The translations under genes were made by a program, and so were the position numbers. A DNA stretch of 63,638 bases, the filler included, from Dicyema japonicum (Eukaryota; Animalia; Dicyemida): the NCBI GenBank assembly GCA_011109175.1. It is 12 parts of 12 records of this genome, joined end to end, with 100 filler letters (N's around TTAATTAATTAA, not from the genome) between each part and the next. Parts side by side here need not be neighbours in the genome. Positions count along the whole stretch, not along the records: positions 1 to 12,418 come from RDEW01000074.1; positions 12,519 to 24,459 come from RDEW01000019.1; 10 more parts are not named here. One strand, 5' to 3'. Below the pieces are notes generated by a model. That model did not search any database. It worked only from the letters and a program-made list of their open reading frames with translations, and was not told where the DNA came from. This document shows, piece after piece, positions 12,296 to 24,559 of this stretch (position 1 is the stretch's first letter; every line of letters starts with the position of its first letter).

Positions 12296-12362
12296 TCTAC
12301 GCCGAATCGTCCCTACGCCGAATCGTCCTACGCCGAATAGTCGTCCTACGCCGAATAGTCCT
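12296..12362 (+). repeat. Short tandem repeat of CGTCCTACGCCGAAT(AGT), about 4 units
   Basis: Seen directly; units of 15-18 bp. Confidence 0.9.
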
Positions 12363-12418
12363 GCACTCCTCTCTTTTATTTATTAAGTTGCACCTCAAAC
12401 GCACAAGTGTAGATTATT

Positions 12419-12518
12419 NNNNNNNNNNNNNNNNNNNNNNNNNNNNNNNNNNNNNNNNNNNNTTAATTAATTAANNNNNNNNNNNNNNNNNNNNNNNNNN
12501 NNNNNNNNNNNNNNNNNN
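12419..12518. other. Artificial contig spacer N44-TTAATTAATTAA-N44 (first of 11)
   Basis: Identical 100-bp spacers at 12419, 24460, 26224, 31087, 35157, 39251, 43590, 54282, 56998, 59703 and 61790; the 12-mer places stops in all six frames. Confidence 0.98.
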
Positions 12519-13099
12519 AACGTCAGAAGACTTCCTTCGAACACTAAACAGGAGACTTTATGCATGAATTCCTCGATGAACTGTGGAGACGTGCAAGGGG
12601 GAAAGTAACATGGAGAAAACTGGTAGAACGGATAGTGAAGAGCAAGGGCACAACTGGAACCCTAAGTATTCATATTCTTATTGGTAACGCGGGAGTGCAC
12701 CTAGCTAACTAAGCTGTATCTTTTGTTTAAGATTATTCCCCAGGTAACGGCATTTTAGCTTCGCTTCTTGCTCGTTCCTTATCAAAACGTCAATAAATTT
12801 TCAAAAAGTAGGATGACACGCTCCAATTAAAGAATTAAAAGAATGACGTCATCCTTCACAAAAGTTATTGTTTTAAGGCCAGCAACTCTTGCTGAATCAA
12901 GGCAATCCCAAAATTCATAGGCAAAAGGTGTGCGACGGCATACATGACAGCAGTCAGGATTCCACATCCAAATATCTTCTAAATAATCTAATACCGGATG
13001 AGGTTCTGGGAAATCGTTGTAATCACACATGTTCAGACTAATGAACAACATTTAATGCCAATTAGCCAAGGATTCTGGCACCACATCTTGACGAAGAAC

Positions 13100-13680
13100 C
13101 ATTGAAAGAATATCATTTGAAGGAAACAAAAACCTATGACGGACGTTCTTAAAGATTCAGATTGATCCCGGGAGAGGAAGACACAGAAGGTGGTTCAGAA
13201 CACAAGAAGAGGTTATCTGTCTAATGGTCATCGAGTTTACATGAAGGGAAGGGTGGCGACTTTACTTGGCCGGTCTTTTACAGGTAGGTGTTGAGCCAGG
13301 ACACAAGAAGAGGTTATCTGTCTAATGGTCATCGAGTTTACATGAAGGGAAGAGTGGCGACTTTACTTGGCCGGTCTTTTACAGGTAGGTGTCGAGATCC
13401 ACGTGGTGACCGCAGCGGAGGCTCACTGGATTTATCCAAATATCACGAGGAAAAGATTCTATATGTGTCACTATATTGGGAGTTGAGTGGAGTTGAGAGA
13501 TACCCGGATCAAACGACCATCGAGTTGGTCCACACCATTCTGGCGTGGTTGCTTCTGTTATCAAAAACTGGGTACTTGACGACATTTGGAAGTGGAACAC
13601 ACTCTGCTGTGTCCCCAAGAGTATAGAACATTATCTTAGAAGACTTATGTATATAACATCTGTCCTTTAGGATAGAAAAG
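13100..13680 (+). mobile_element. Heavily decayed RLE-type non-LTR 3' region
   Basis: HVVTA.. / YHEEKILYVSLYWELSG (resembles RHD.V...LHWELC) and GT.SAVPKSIEHYLRRL, across frameshifts. Confidence 0.4.
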
Positions 13681-14348
13681 TTATAAAAAGTTCAATTGAA
13701 CATACTTTAATACAACGCTGGGACCTGGGCTATTTCGATAGAAGAAGTGGAGAGGCTGGGAGGAATCTGAGAAAAATAACGGGAATGGGCTGGCCGACCA
13801 AAATTTTATGCAAAGTAATCTACAGAAATGCGGGTGTAAGCAAATAAGCCTGGAGGTAATGGAGAGTTGGTGGAGACTAACTGGGAACATCTTGAAGAAG
13901 TAATTAGCATCACCACCAAACAGAGCTATGGAAGATGTTTGTCGATGGGGCCGTTTACGTGAGAGACCATTGCCAGTCGTCCTTCAAAAATTATTATTAT
14001 TAAACCAAAAATTACCAGGTAAACTAATTAAAATGAAAACGCCATCAGGTGATCCCGGCATCTCTCAGTAATATCCTCATCTTCTCCCAGTGTTGCTCTC
14101 GGGAACCGACACATTTTCGATAACACAGTTCTTCTGACGGTTTTCCATTTTGGGTGAATATGCCGGCGGAATTCAATGACATTAAAAGGGGATGCCCTTA
14201 TTGGTAGTCATGTGAGTCTTCTTTTATAAAGACCTGAATAACTTAAAACTTGTCAATTTAATTATTAATAATAATTTAAAAATTATATTTCTAAAAATAT
14301 TATTTTTAATAATTCAATATTTTGCCAAGTTGAATTTATCGTCTTTAA

Positions 14349-15039
14349 ATGTTAAAAAATCATTATGATAAAGTAAAGTCATATTATGACTCCCTTGATC
14401 CTACTATAGATTCCATGCTCGGCGGGTATTCAGAGATTTCCGAACAGGATCATCTTAGCTCACTTAATTTTTTATCTTCTCTTGAAGTATTCTTGTAATC
14501 TATATTTGCAGAACAAAAATTCCATCCCTCGTGACCATTTTTCATATGGTCTCGACTGTGGAGCTGGAATAGGAAGAGTCTCAAAGCACGTTTTGTTGCC
14601 TATTTGCAAGAAGATCGATATTGTTGATATGACACCTCAATTTATTGAAAGAGCCAAAGATTTCATTGGAGAAGACTCAGCCAGGGTTCTGAGGACTTTC
14701 TGCGCCAACTTGAATGATTTTGTTCCTGATGTTGGGCTATATGACCTTGTTTGGATTCAGTGGGTCTCTGGACATCTCAAAAGAGCTGATTTTGTCAGAT
14801 TTCTGAGAAGGCTAAAACGTGCATTGAGACGCGGACACTCTTTAATAGTCATTAAGGATAATATTTCTGGATTTGTGAAGAAAGATTGCTTTGAAAAGAG
14901 GGAAAATATGAAAGTCCGATCTTTCAGTACTTTTTGCGACATTTTTAAAGAATCTCAGCTACGACTTGTCAAATATGAGTTTGAAAATAACTTCCCTGAA
15001 GAGATATACCAAGTCGTGACGTTCGCCCTCACTAGATAA
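14349..15039 (+). CDS. NTMT1: Alpha-N-terminal protein methyltransferase 1 (NTM1/NRMT), 221 aa, 2 exons
   Basis: ATG at 14349; 25-nt intron at 14487-14511; motifs PTIDSMLGGY, LDCGAGIGRV, DIVD, YDLVWIQWVSGHL, VIKDN, FPEEIYQV. Confidence 0.92.
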
Positions 15040-15454
15040 CTTATATTATAAAATACTAAGTTTGTGTGTCCCCAGTATTGATTTCTTAACATTAAGCAAT
15101 TTTTATGCACGTGACCCCAAAATGAGCTAAAATGTCTTAGAAGAGGTCGAAAATCGATAATGAAGCATAAATTAAATTTTTGGGAACAAATAAGGGTTCT
15201 AACCCGAAATGAGCTAAAATGACTTAGAAGAGGTCGAAAATCGATAATGAAGCATAAATTAAATTTTTGGGAACAAATAAGGGTTCTAACCCGACTGTCT
15301 GTGAATCGCACTGATCGATGGATAAGGGACCCAAAAGGACGGCTCCCCAAATTTTAGATAAAATCAAATAAATAATAAAGCCCGCTAAAATTAAGTAATA
15401 TTAAACGAAATATCTAATCTCATCAGGAAGAGTAATCAGAGGAGAAGGACCTAG

Positions 15455-18400
15455 TCAATAAAAAATAGACGAACCAATGTAAAGAAGAAGAATTGGCAAG
15501 AGAATCAGAGCGTGTGTAGAACCAACAAGGACAATTACCATAAATGTCTGAAAGAAGTAAACATATGTAAGCTGAGTAGTCGTTGCGGCAAGAATTGATG
15601 CCCCAACAATCCATACGAGAGTGAACACAATTACCATAAATGTCTGAAAGAAGTAAACATATGTAAGCTGAGTAGTCGTTGCGGAAAGAATTGATGCCCC
15701 AACAATCCATACGAGAGTGAACCCACAGACAATCTACAATAGCTATACAAAATTACAGTCGTTCCGTTATGTTCAACCATATTGGTTACTCTCTTTACCT
15801 TGTTTCGTTCCACGTCCAATGAGAATGACCGAGCACTGTGTACTACACATTCTATGAACACACCAATCGCCTAAAGTCAGTTACAAATCCAACCATTAGC
15901 AGGTTAATAACCATAAACGGATTCAGAGTTATTTTGAGCATGGAAAGTGTCCCAAATAGTGTGAATGTAGCCGATGTGACAGTGATAAACACAACAGAAG
16001 TAGTCCAAATATCAAATCCATAGAAAATTAGCAAAAGTAATAGCAACGCTGGAAGAATGGAGTAGATCAATATATGCGTGGTTGCGAGAATGGTCTCATT
16101 TTGGGCAAAAAACACATAAAAATTACTAAAAATCATTAAATTGTGTCAACCTATATGGAAACACAGTCACAGAGTTATTAAAAAGCCTATTAAAGTTATC
16201 TGAAATGAGTGTCGATATTCTCTTTGCCTCAGAATAGGCATGGGTATATTGTTCAGACGTGTTCATTGGAATGTGGTAGGCCATAAAATTAGTAGCTACG
16301 AGTAAAACAACAGTAAACCCCCAACATGACCATTTTTAAGGTTAATAGCACTCAAGTACTCAGCTCGACCACTACAATAATAATAAAATAATACCCAGAT
16401 GGACAGGTAGCACAAGGAATGTCTTCCAAGAACCAGTCAACGTAGGATAAAAAGGGGAGTGATGTGTCACAATCAATGCAGGTTTGGTTAACCACTAATG
16501 AGTTAATAGAAGTAGTACCAGTAGAATTACAGAACTTTTTAGTATCCCTGTAGTAACGACAACATCCATCATAGTTCCTCCAGGTAGAGTAGTGGTCAAG
16601 CCAGTTGTTGGCGGTAGAAGCAACTCCAGATCTAAGAATATACCCAATATATTACTTTTGAGGAAAACGAGAATAAGCGGCAACAACATTACCCAGGGAA
16701 TTAAAAAGGGAATCGGAAGAACCGCTTATGGCTGCCTTCCCCATTTCGCTGCTGTAGTTGTATCCATCCATCACGACAAAGTAGACGGGAGAACCTATCC
16801 TCAAATACTTTCCCTGATCCAACAAATATGAGTACATATGAGAATTCTAACGTTATTTACTAAACTCACTTGTGGAAACGATGAAATTGGTTTAATTCCA
16901 ACCTCGATACTCTGAAAATTAGAGATTGAGAAGAGAAACCACAGAAAGAAGACACCAACCTATACTAAAGCATACAAAGGGACCGTCATCGGAAGCAAAT
17001 AATTTTTGAGAATTATCCTGGAGAAAATTAGTCTCATAAAATTCCGAAGAGGACTCAACGGAATGCAACTACTCTACGAAATAAAAATAATTCTTACCAT
17101 CCTTCGTTGGACTGACCATTTCAGAGTGGCCACGTGGAGGGAAATACAGAGGAGTAAATTTATAAAAATAGACAGACTGGCGTACAATCCGAAAGAGCGA
17201 ACGATAGGAACGTTGACAAACGACGCTAATAGTCAAATAAATGGCAAACAGCAAAAGAAGATGACGGACTGTATTAGGGATGATATTACTATCGAAGGAA
17301 GCATGGTGGCCGCCAAATCACCGACCATTTCTTCGTGGGTCGAAGCATGAGGCCAATTCCTCCACTAATTTAAACAAGAAGGACAAACCCACAAATTGTG
17401 TTGAAGTAAAAAGGAGTTAATAACCGAAATAATGAAGACAAGAAATATAAGGTACGGGAGAATTGGGGTCATTAATGGAAATCCTGCGAAACTGTATATC
17501 CCCAAAGTAGAGTAAATCGAGATAATTGTTATCAAAATACACGTGAGTGATGAAATTATGTTGCACTGACAATTACACGGAAATATACAGCATGCCGAGG
17601 ATCAGGAAAGAACAAGCCAGAAGTGAAGAATATTGAAATAAAAAGGACTAATATAGAGCCACAAATAATGGGGAGGTTGTCCTTCTCTATTTTGTCAGTC
17701 TCAGAGGAAATGGATATCTTCAAATGTCAACAATCAGAAATACCTCAGCAGAGTAGGTAAACGAAAAATGTTTGGGTTTGTATGAAGACAGAAATGATAG
17801 AAATACCCTCTCCCAGGCCTCCGCCTTGTCCAAGTAATCACGATCAAGTCCATTCCTCACCAAAAACGTGACAACCAAAGCCTCAGATTTTATATAATTG
17901 ATCCCTCAACTTTACAACCAAATAGCAACCATTAAACCCACCAAACGATATATTTGGATAAACAGGGGCACCACAGTCGGAGAAGCAACTAATATTCACT
18001 GAATCGTCGTTAAATGACAGAGGGTTACTTGAATGAACAGAATCCTTACTTTGCACAATATTCAATGTGGTTGACGTAATCGTATTTTCCATGAGTAATG
18101 TTAAGTTTGTAAACATCCCCCTGAAAATAAGCAGATACGCTTTGAATCATGCAATTATCATTAAATGGAGACATTGGGGAGAAACAAATGTCAGACAGCA
18201 TGACTGGCTTACCATTATGACTGACTTTTAGCTTTTTGATAGAATCCTCCAATTGGAGAAGCTTGATGTGATATAGACAGCAACTTCAGTCAGGACGTCT
18301 TTGTCCAGCACGGAAGATAGGTTGTCAGAAGGCGAAAGGGAGGATTTCACTATAATTTGCTCGATTCGATAGAATGGACTAAAATAAATGAAATCTAAAC

Positions 18401-19617
18401 CCGAAGTTCTCATCATAGTACTTCTTTTGAGTTATGACTGGGTGGTTCGGGGATATGAACATTTTTACTGGGTCGTTGACATGCTGTACGTGAATAAATC
18501 AAGCAACCTTAACTCGGTAATTTCCGATGGAGAGACTCATGGAAATGGTCAGAGAAAGAATAATTATCAAATAAGACTTTCGGTAGCAGAACATCCCCCA
18601 GTATCTGAAGATAGGAGTCGAGAACTTTGACATTTTGACCACCAATGATCGTTTGGAAACAACCTCAGGAGGAGAGGAATCCCCCAGTAGAGGCTGATAA
18701 ATGGAATCAAAGTAGGTGGTCCTATCGAACAATCCAAAGTACACAATATTGGCTAAAATAACGACAAAACTGACCAGAACCGAAAAGAATTACAAAGATT
18801 GACCCGATGATGATGATAATAAATAAAGAGAGGTCGATCCCCAAAATGGTCTTTCTCTTGCACTCAGGAAAAATAGGTTTCACGCAGGCAGCAAGACAGT
18901 CTTGGCAACTACAACTCTTAGCAGTCCCATTCAAGTCGCTGGTACAATTGAATCCATAGATAAAACGGGGGACAAGGCTATCAATAGGGTAATCACTCGT
19001 AGCGTAAAGTACCTAAGGTAATTATTCACGACTAACATCAAATGGTACTAAAGAACTAGCCGTCCCGAATAATTTCAACATCTTCCTTAGGGTACATTTA
19101 GTAGTACCACAGATGGTATCAAAACTTGACATTCCTTTGCAGGAATCATACATTGTTCTGACGAATGTCTGAGAGTAAAGGCATTCGAGGCTTTTCACGG
19201 AATTGTTGGGACCAAAGCTGAGCGCCTTATTGAATTTTGACTGTTCTGGGCTACACGTCATTTCACAGAAAAAATTTAATAAATTCCGGGTACAGGCAGG
19301 ACACGTGCCAACAATGGATTTTATCAAATTAAGATTTTGGCTTAATATTTCAATTTGTTCTGCATCACAACAAGTATATGTCCCTAAATTGTAAGTAGAG
19401 ATAGTACCTTCTTTGTTGTAGAATTGAGGGCAAATGTCTTTCAAGGAAGATTCGGCACTTTTATCCTCCAATAGCTTGGCTTTACCAGTATAATTGCAGT
19501 TCAAATACAAGTCATTATCCTGTTTATAACAGAGACCGTACATGACGCAGTCACATTGGATCTATCACTAAATAAAACCAATACCTTGGTTATGCAGAGT
19601 AACAAAAGAACCCACAT
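15455..19617 (-). CDS. NPC1: Niemann-Pick C1 family sterol transporter, 23 exons, about 1214 aa
   Basis: Signal peptide MWVLLLLCITK|IQCDCVMYG; NTD motifs CCDAEQ, CPACTRNLLNFFCEMTCSPEQS, CSCQDC; GPFYRIEQII; SSD-like TMs; GSPVYFV; NWLDHY; HALILLPILL. 22 GT-AG introns total 518 nt, and the 4163-nt span minus 518 gives 3645 nt (1215 codons), open throughout. Confidence 0.95.
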
Positions 19618-19703
19618 AAGAAAATAGGTCAGAATAATAATTTATTAATTTATTATTATTAATATTAATCCTTAAAAATTAAATCAAGTTTATTTTAATA
19701 AAC

Positions 19704-20495
19704 TTATTATTATTATTATTATTGAATATTCACTTTTAAAGTAATTTCTGGCAGTACAGGATTCTCGACCCCGCCGAACTCGTCTTCTCCTTTATCGGTC
19801 TGGGATCATTTAGTTAGTTGAAAACTTTTATTTCTTTCTCTTTGACCCAGTGATCCTTTGGTTATAATAATAAAGTAATCTCAACCATTTTCAAAATATT
19901 TAATTACCTCGTTTGTTACCGTGCAACCTTCTTCGGTAGAAGACATATTTTGACTTATTTAAAAAAACAGACATTTTTAAGAATTTTCATAAAATAATTT
20001 AAACTAGTTCATTTAATTGATGCATAAAGAGCATATAGAAGCTGGATAGGGAGGAGTAAGCCGATGATAAAAACGAGTATAAATTGTCAAGTTCTTCTGC
20101 GTTGGCGACCTCACTGTGGTCGGTGCATAAACATTATAATTGATAGAGTAGTATCACGATTGTTTCCGAAGCGTAGTTGGAGGATGTCGTTGATACTCCA
20201 TGCTCTATGAACCACCACAGCTGCGTCCACGAGTATAGCGAACCCCATCCCATAATGTCGGCAGTCTGACGTCAACAGGAGCAGTCGATACCCGTTCACT
20301 GTTTCATGCAGGCTATTGGGGACTTTAGTCTTCTATAGAGACAGCATACATATATTCCGTATAGTTGGAGGTCCGCACATAAGTGTTGTCTTTTTTATAT
20401 GACGTTAGTCCTCTCACATTGAATGATCTAATAGAGAACAGGGAAGATTGAATGTATGAAGAAGACATCTTGTGCAAAAGACAACTACAACTTCT
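19704..20495 (-). mobile_element. RTE-clade element, internally deleted (5' APE part plus (TAA)n tail)
   Basis: ATG at 20468: MSSSYIQSSLFSIRSFNVRGL..GYRLLLLTSDCRHYGMGF..; (AAT)n tail at 19704-19723. Confidence 0.65.
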
Positions 20496-20888
20496 CCTGG
20501 GAATCTACTGCCAAAACGGATGACCAACGACGAGCTCTATAGAATTACTCAAACGAAAAAAATTGGGTATAAAGTTACGTTGCCGAAATGGCCTTTCTGG
20601 ACATATCCTAAGAGCTTCGGAAATGGCACCGACCAATCAGGCCATGGAATCATACTTTTCTGTATTAAACAAAACAACTATAGAGGTCGACAAAGAACTC
20701 ACTTGCATACGAAAAAAAATAAAAACAGGAGAGGATCTGGATAATCTGAGGGCGGTTGCGAGAAACAGGGGAGGATGGAAACGACTTACAGTTTGTATCC
20801 AGAGATGCATGCAAAAGTGAAATCTCAAATTAGTTAACTTTTCTGGTTCCGCGGACATTGCTAATAATAATAAATAAATAATAATAAT
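20495..20888 (+). mobile_element. RTE-clade 3' fragment
   Basis: MTNDELYR..LSGHILR..PTNQAMESYF..GEDLDNLRAVARNRGGWKRL, then TGCT(AAT)n tail. Confidence 0.8.
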
Positions 20889-20898
20889 TTAAATGCAT

Positions 20899-21351
20899 TT
20901 TGGTTGAGGTGGTGACGTAGTCTCTTGCACTATGTCTTATTCATATTCTTTACCGACTTCTCCGTTCACTCTGGGATCTTTTAATTGCAGAGGACTTAAA
21001 CAACCTTACAAGAAACACCAACTGGCATGCGATCTAACAAAATACGACGTCTGCTGTCTACAAGAGACAAAAACGACCGTTTTGCAAATTCCACCATTTT
21101 ACTATCCCATCGGCCTGCCGACATTATGGTCTCGGATTTGCAGTCTCGCAGGACCTGATTCACTATGTTACAAGAGTGTGGGCAGCATCTGACATTATAA
21201 TGGAAATAGCGGACGACCTGTATTACCTAGGAGAACTTGCGCGCAACTGAAGATCATGGTCGGAGATGACGGATAGGATGACTAGGAATACGACACAAGG
21301 AAAACTTACTAATTTTATGTTTTCTCGGCAGTGCTTTTTAATAATAATAAT
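20899..21351 (+). mobile_element. Short RTE derivative retaining both termini (about 450 bp)
   Basis: 5' TTTGGTTGAGGTGGTGACGT identical to 35257; MSYSYSLPTSPFTLGSFNCRGL..DVCCLQETK; jumps to a 3'-like end with TGCTTTT(TAA)n. Confidence 0.7.
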
Positions 21352-22100
21352 TGATGCATTGAAATACACGTTATTCCCTGTTCTATAGAATGACATTTTT
21401 AATGTTAAATAAGGGTACTTGGGACAATTAGAAGTAAATATAAATATCTAAATTTGTATACAAACGAGTGGTGCTTAAAAACCCTCAAAAGTGTCTTTTT
21501 CGACGTTCGTTTGGAGACTGCCCTTGGTGAAGATTTAACTGAAATTTACACCATAGACGGATAAGAAGACGCATCAATATATTCCAAAATTAGATATACT
21601 TAGCTTAGACAGATGAACACGCATCCAAAGACCAGAGGTCCCCAGTAAACTTTACAAAAAAGTCTTTAATACTATTTACCAAAAATACGACATATCTAGA
21701 TAAGCCATGAGATGGTACGACAAAATCCCTTGATCTCCATTCAAACAACCTCCCTCAGAGTATTAATAACCCTTCAGCAGCTAGTAGCATTAAAATGTCG
21801 GTGTGCTGACCTCCCTGAAATACAACATTGGTCCCACTTGCTGTGGAAAATTCTGGAGCGTTCATCTAGCCCGCTCAATGGCTATCCAACAGTGACTCTG
21901 ATGGCTAATTAACCATAATTCCCTCTTAGTCCAGGAGTGAATAGCCATGAAGTCAAGACTGATCCCCCTGACTCAACTTTTTTGTTTTTTATGTAACTAA
22001 TACTCATTTTCTAATAGATTGGTTTACAAAGAAAATATTACAAATGAAAAAAAGTCAAAATTAATCAAAATTGATGAAAAATGAAAAAAAGAAAAATGAT

Positions 22101-23748
22101 TCACAAATTAAGTGGGAAATGTCTTGTAATTTTTTCAAAAAGGTCGAAAAATACATGCTTGGTTGAAGTCTTAAAGGCATGCTCACAATTTTTGATTCGA
22201 ACAATCAAACTGTTGGATATGTCGACATTGGACACAAGCATATTCCCAAGGACAGAATCATCCAGCAAATAAGTTAGTTGTACGACATATTCATTCAACT
22301 CCACTCCGTTAATCTCAACAAAACTGCAAAACTTTACAAGGCACTCCAAGAGAATATTAACCATTCCACTTTCAACAAAAATATCCGCATAGTCGGGGTC
22401 GGGGACGGAATTCAAAAGTCCGGGAATCAGCACGTTGTTGAACAGGTCAACCATTCTGAACAAATCCGGCCCAGTAAAATTCTCCACAGACATAAAACTT
22501 TCAGAGAATCCAGTGATCAATATTTCAAATGTCTTCAATAGTCCTTTATTTTTAAGGTACGAGGAATCCTCAGCCAAATAAGTGAAATACAAGTCAAATC
22601 TCCTTGAAAGGGAACCCTTAGACCCAAGAAAAAACTTAAAGTCGTGAAATCCCTTACAATCGTACTCGATACTGTCAAAGAGCTCAATCATGCATTCCTG
22701 AAGTTTCCTGAGCATGTCGTCAATGAATCCATCAATCGCTTCACTCCTGCAAATAAAGGAGATAAAGTATCTGAGAAGGTCCACCAAATAGTTATCTTCA
22801 TCAGTAAATTTGTTGTTAACAGCCAATAAGTTGAATTCAATCGCTGTACGGTGGAAAGTGATGGCCCCGAGGGAAGGGTTCAAATTGAAGATCCAGGCTA
22901 CCTCATCAAACTCGAAAAGAGCGGTGGACACTAAGTGAATGAACCGAAGAAGAGTATGAAGATCTTCCGACTCCAAGTTCGGGGTCCTTAAAGGATCAGC
23001 AATGACGGAAAGAAGATGAGGGAGAATGTCCTCGGAGACGTCCAGTGAGTAGTTAATGAAAACGTTGCAAAGTGTATTCATGTACTTGAAGTCAATTTTA
23101 TCATTCCGGATGTTGGAAATCATGGCAGTGAGAACCTTCTCCATCAAACGAGTATTATCCATTGAATTTATAACAATAAACATCACATCGAGGAATTGGC
23201 GGTAGACTTCCAATTCATTGCCACATCTGGGCTTCATAAACAGAGAATCCACGATTTCTTCGGGAACATCAAGTACGTAATTGAAGGAATTAAATGATAT
23301 TGCCAAAACGAACCGCCCGAGTGATTTCAGAATGGAGGGAAATTCCTCATCCCCAAATTTCCGTGAATCAAGAAAGGCTAAACCACCCGTTACGGCAGGG
23401 GATATTAATTGTGAATGACTCTGAAAGAACTCTCCCAAAACTGTAGACGTTTTGATAGATAAGGCAAATAATTGAAGACACATGTCAACGTAGACAAAAT
23501 TATTTGATGAACACATACGAAGTAGGTATTCGTGACCAATTTTGGTGAAAAGAGCGGGAAAATCTTCTGGGTGAAACTCGACAGGAGAAGTAGCCTTGCA
23601 GATTAATAACAAGGCTGAAAATCGATCGCTGTCAGAGCTTGTTGGACTGAGTTTATCAATTACCGATCTAACTTTGATGAAAGAATTAATGGATTCCTAA
23701 TAAATTAGATGAAAAAGTAATTACATTTTCTGTGACAGTCTCAGTCAT
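22101..23748 (-). CDS. NCDN: Neurochondrin-like ARM-type protein, about 539 aa, 2 exons
   Basis: MTETVTEN, 28-nt intron at 23697-23724, then ESINSF..SDSDRFSALLLICK..IGHEYLLRM, resembling the neurochondrin N-terminal DSEQFAALLLVTK..VGFTFPNRLL. The rest is too divergent to judge by eye. Confidence 0.65.
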
Positions 23749-23874
23749 TTAAGCTTCAACCAAACCAGAGTTTTTAAATTAATTATTATATAATATTATA
23801 TAATATTATTGTATAATTATTTATTATTATTACTTAGTCTCGAAATGCTTCAAAAATTATATGGATAAGCTATC

Positions 23875-24459
23875 TATTTTTTTATTTTTTTTATTTAACC
23901 CAAGACCACGGTAAAACAAAACTAATTATCACGTGATCCCGATGCATTTTAACAGAGACCTCATCTTTGCCCGTCGTTCTTCCTTCGTGCCCGCGCATGA
24001 ACGTATGCCTGAATTTTCAGGGCCAATTTCCCGTGATCTGGAGTCAAGTCTCATAAGGGCCTCCAGAGGCGTAGGTCCGGGTCTATGATCTTCACAAATC
24101 CAACGCTCCGTTACTCTGTAAGCCCTCTTTTGCATTTCCTCAATTTTCCTCATATTTGTCTAAGATATGGACGGACCCCACGAGGCGCATGCATATGAGA
24201 AACATGGCTCGATGTATTGTTTGTATACGTTCATCAAGACTGGGTGAGTACCACTCTTCCATATTCCCGATAAACATTTCAATACGTTCAGTTTCTTCTC
24301 GCATTTCAATAGAATGTTTTCTACGTGAGGTGTTAAACAGAGATGCATATCAATTGTTACACCCAAGATCCTTTGACATCTGTGGAAAGGGATGCCGACC
24401 TTGTTTAACTTCAAGGTGACTGTCTTCCTTCCCAATTTTTTGTCCGAGGTAAATAGTGA
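23875..24459 (-). mobile_element. Ingi/Vingi- or Jockey-like non-LTR 3' portion
   Basis: RILGVTIDMHLCLTPHVENILLKCEKKLNVLKCLSG..YKQYIEPCFSYACASW (RT thumb); A-rich tail at about 23875-23895. Confidence 0.75.
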
Positions 24460-24559
24460 NNNNNNNNNNNNNNNNNNNNNNNNNNNNNNNNNNNNNNNNN
24501 NNNTTAATTAATTAANNNNNNNNNNNNNNNNNNNNNNNNNNNNNNNNNNNNNNNNNNNN

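Noticed and set aside
13690-14200. Possible BEL/Pao integrase remnant (PPGLFAYTRISVDYFA)
   Set aside because: One weak motif with no supporting DDE context.
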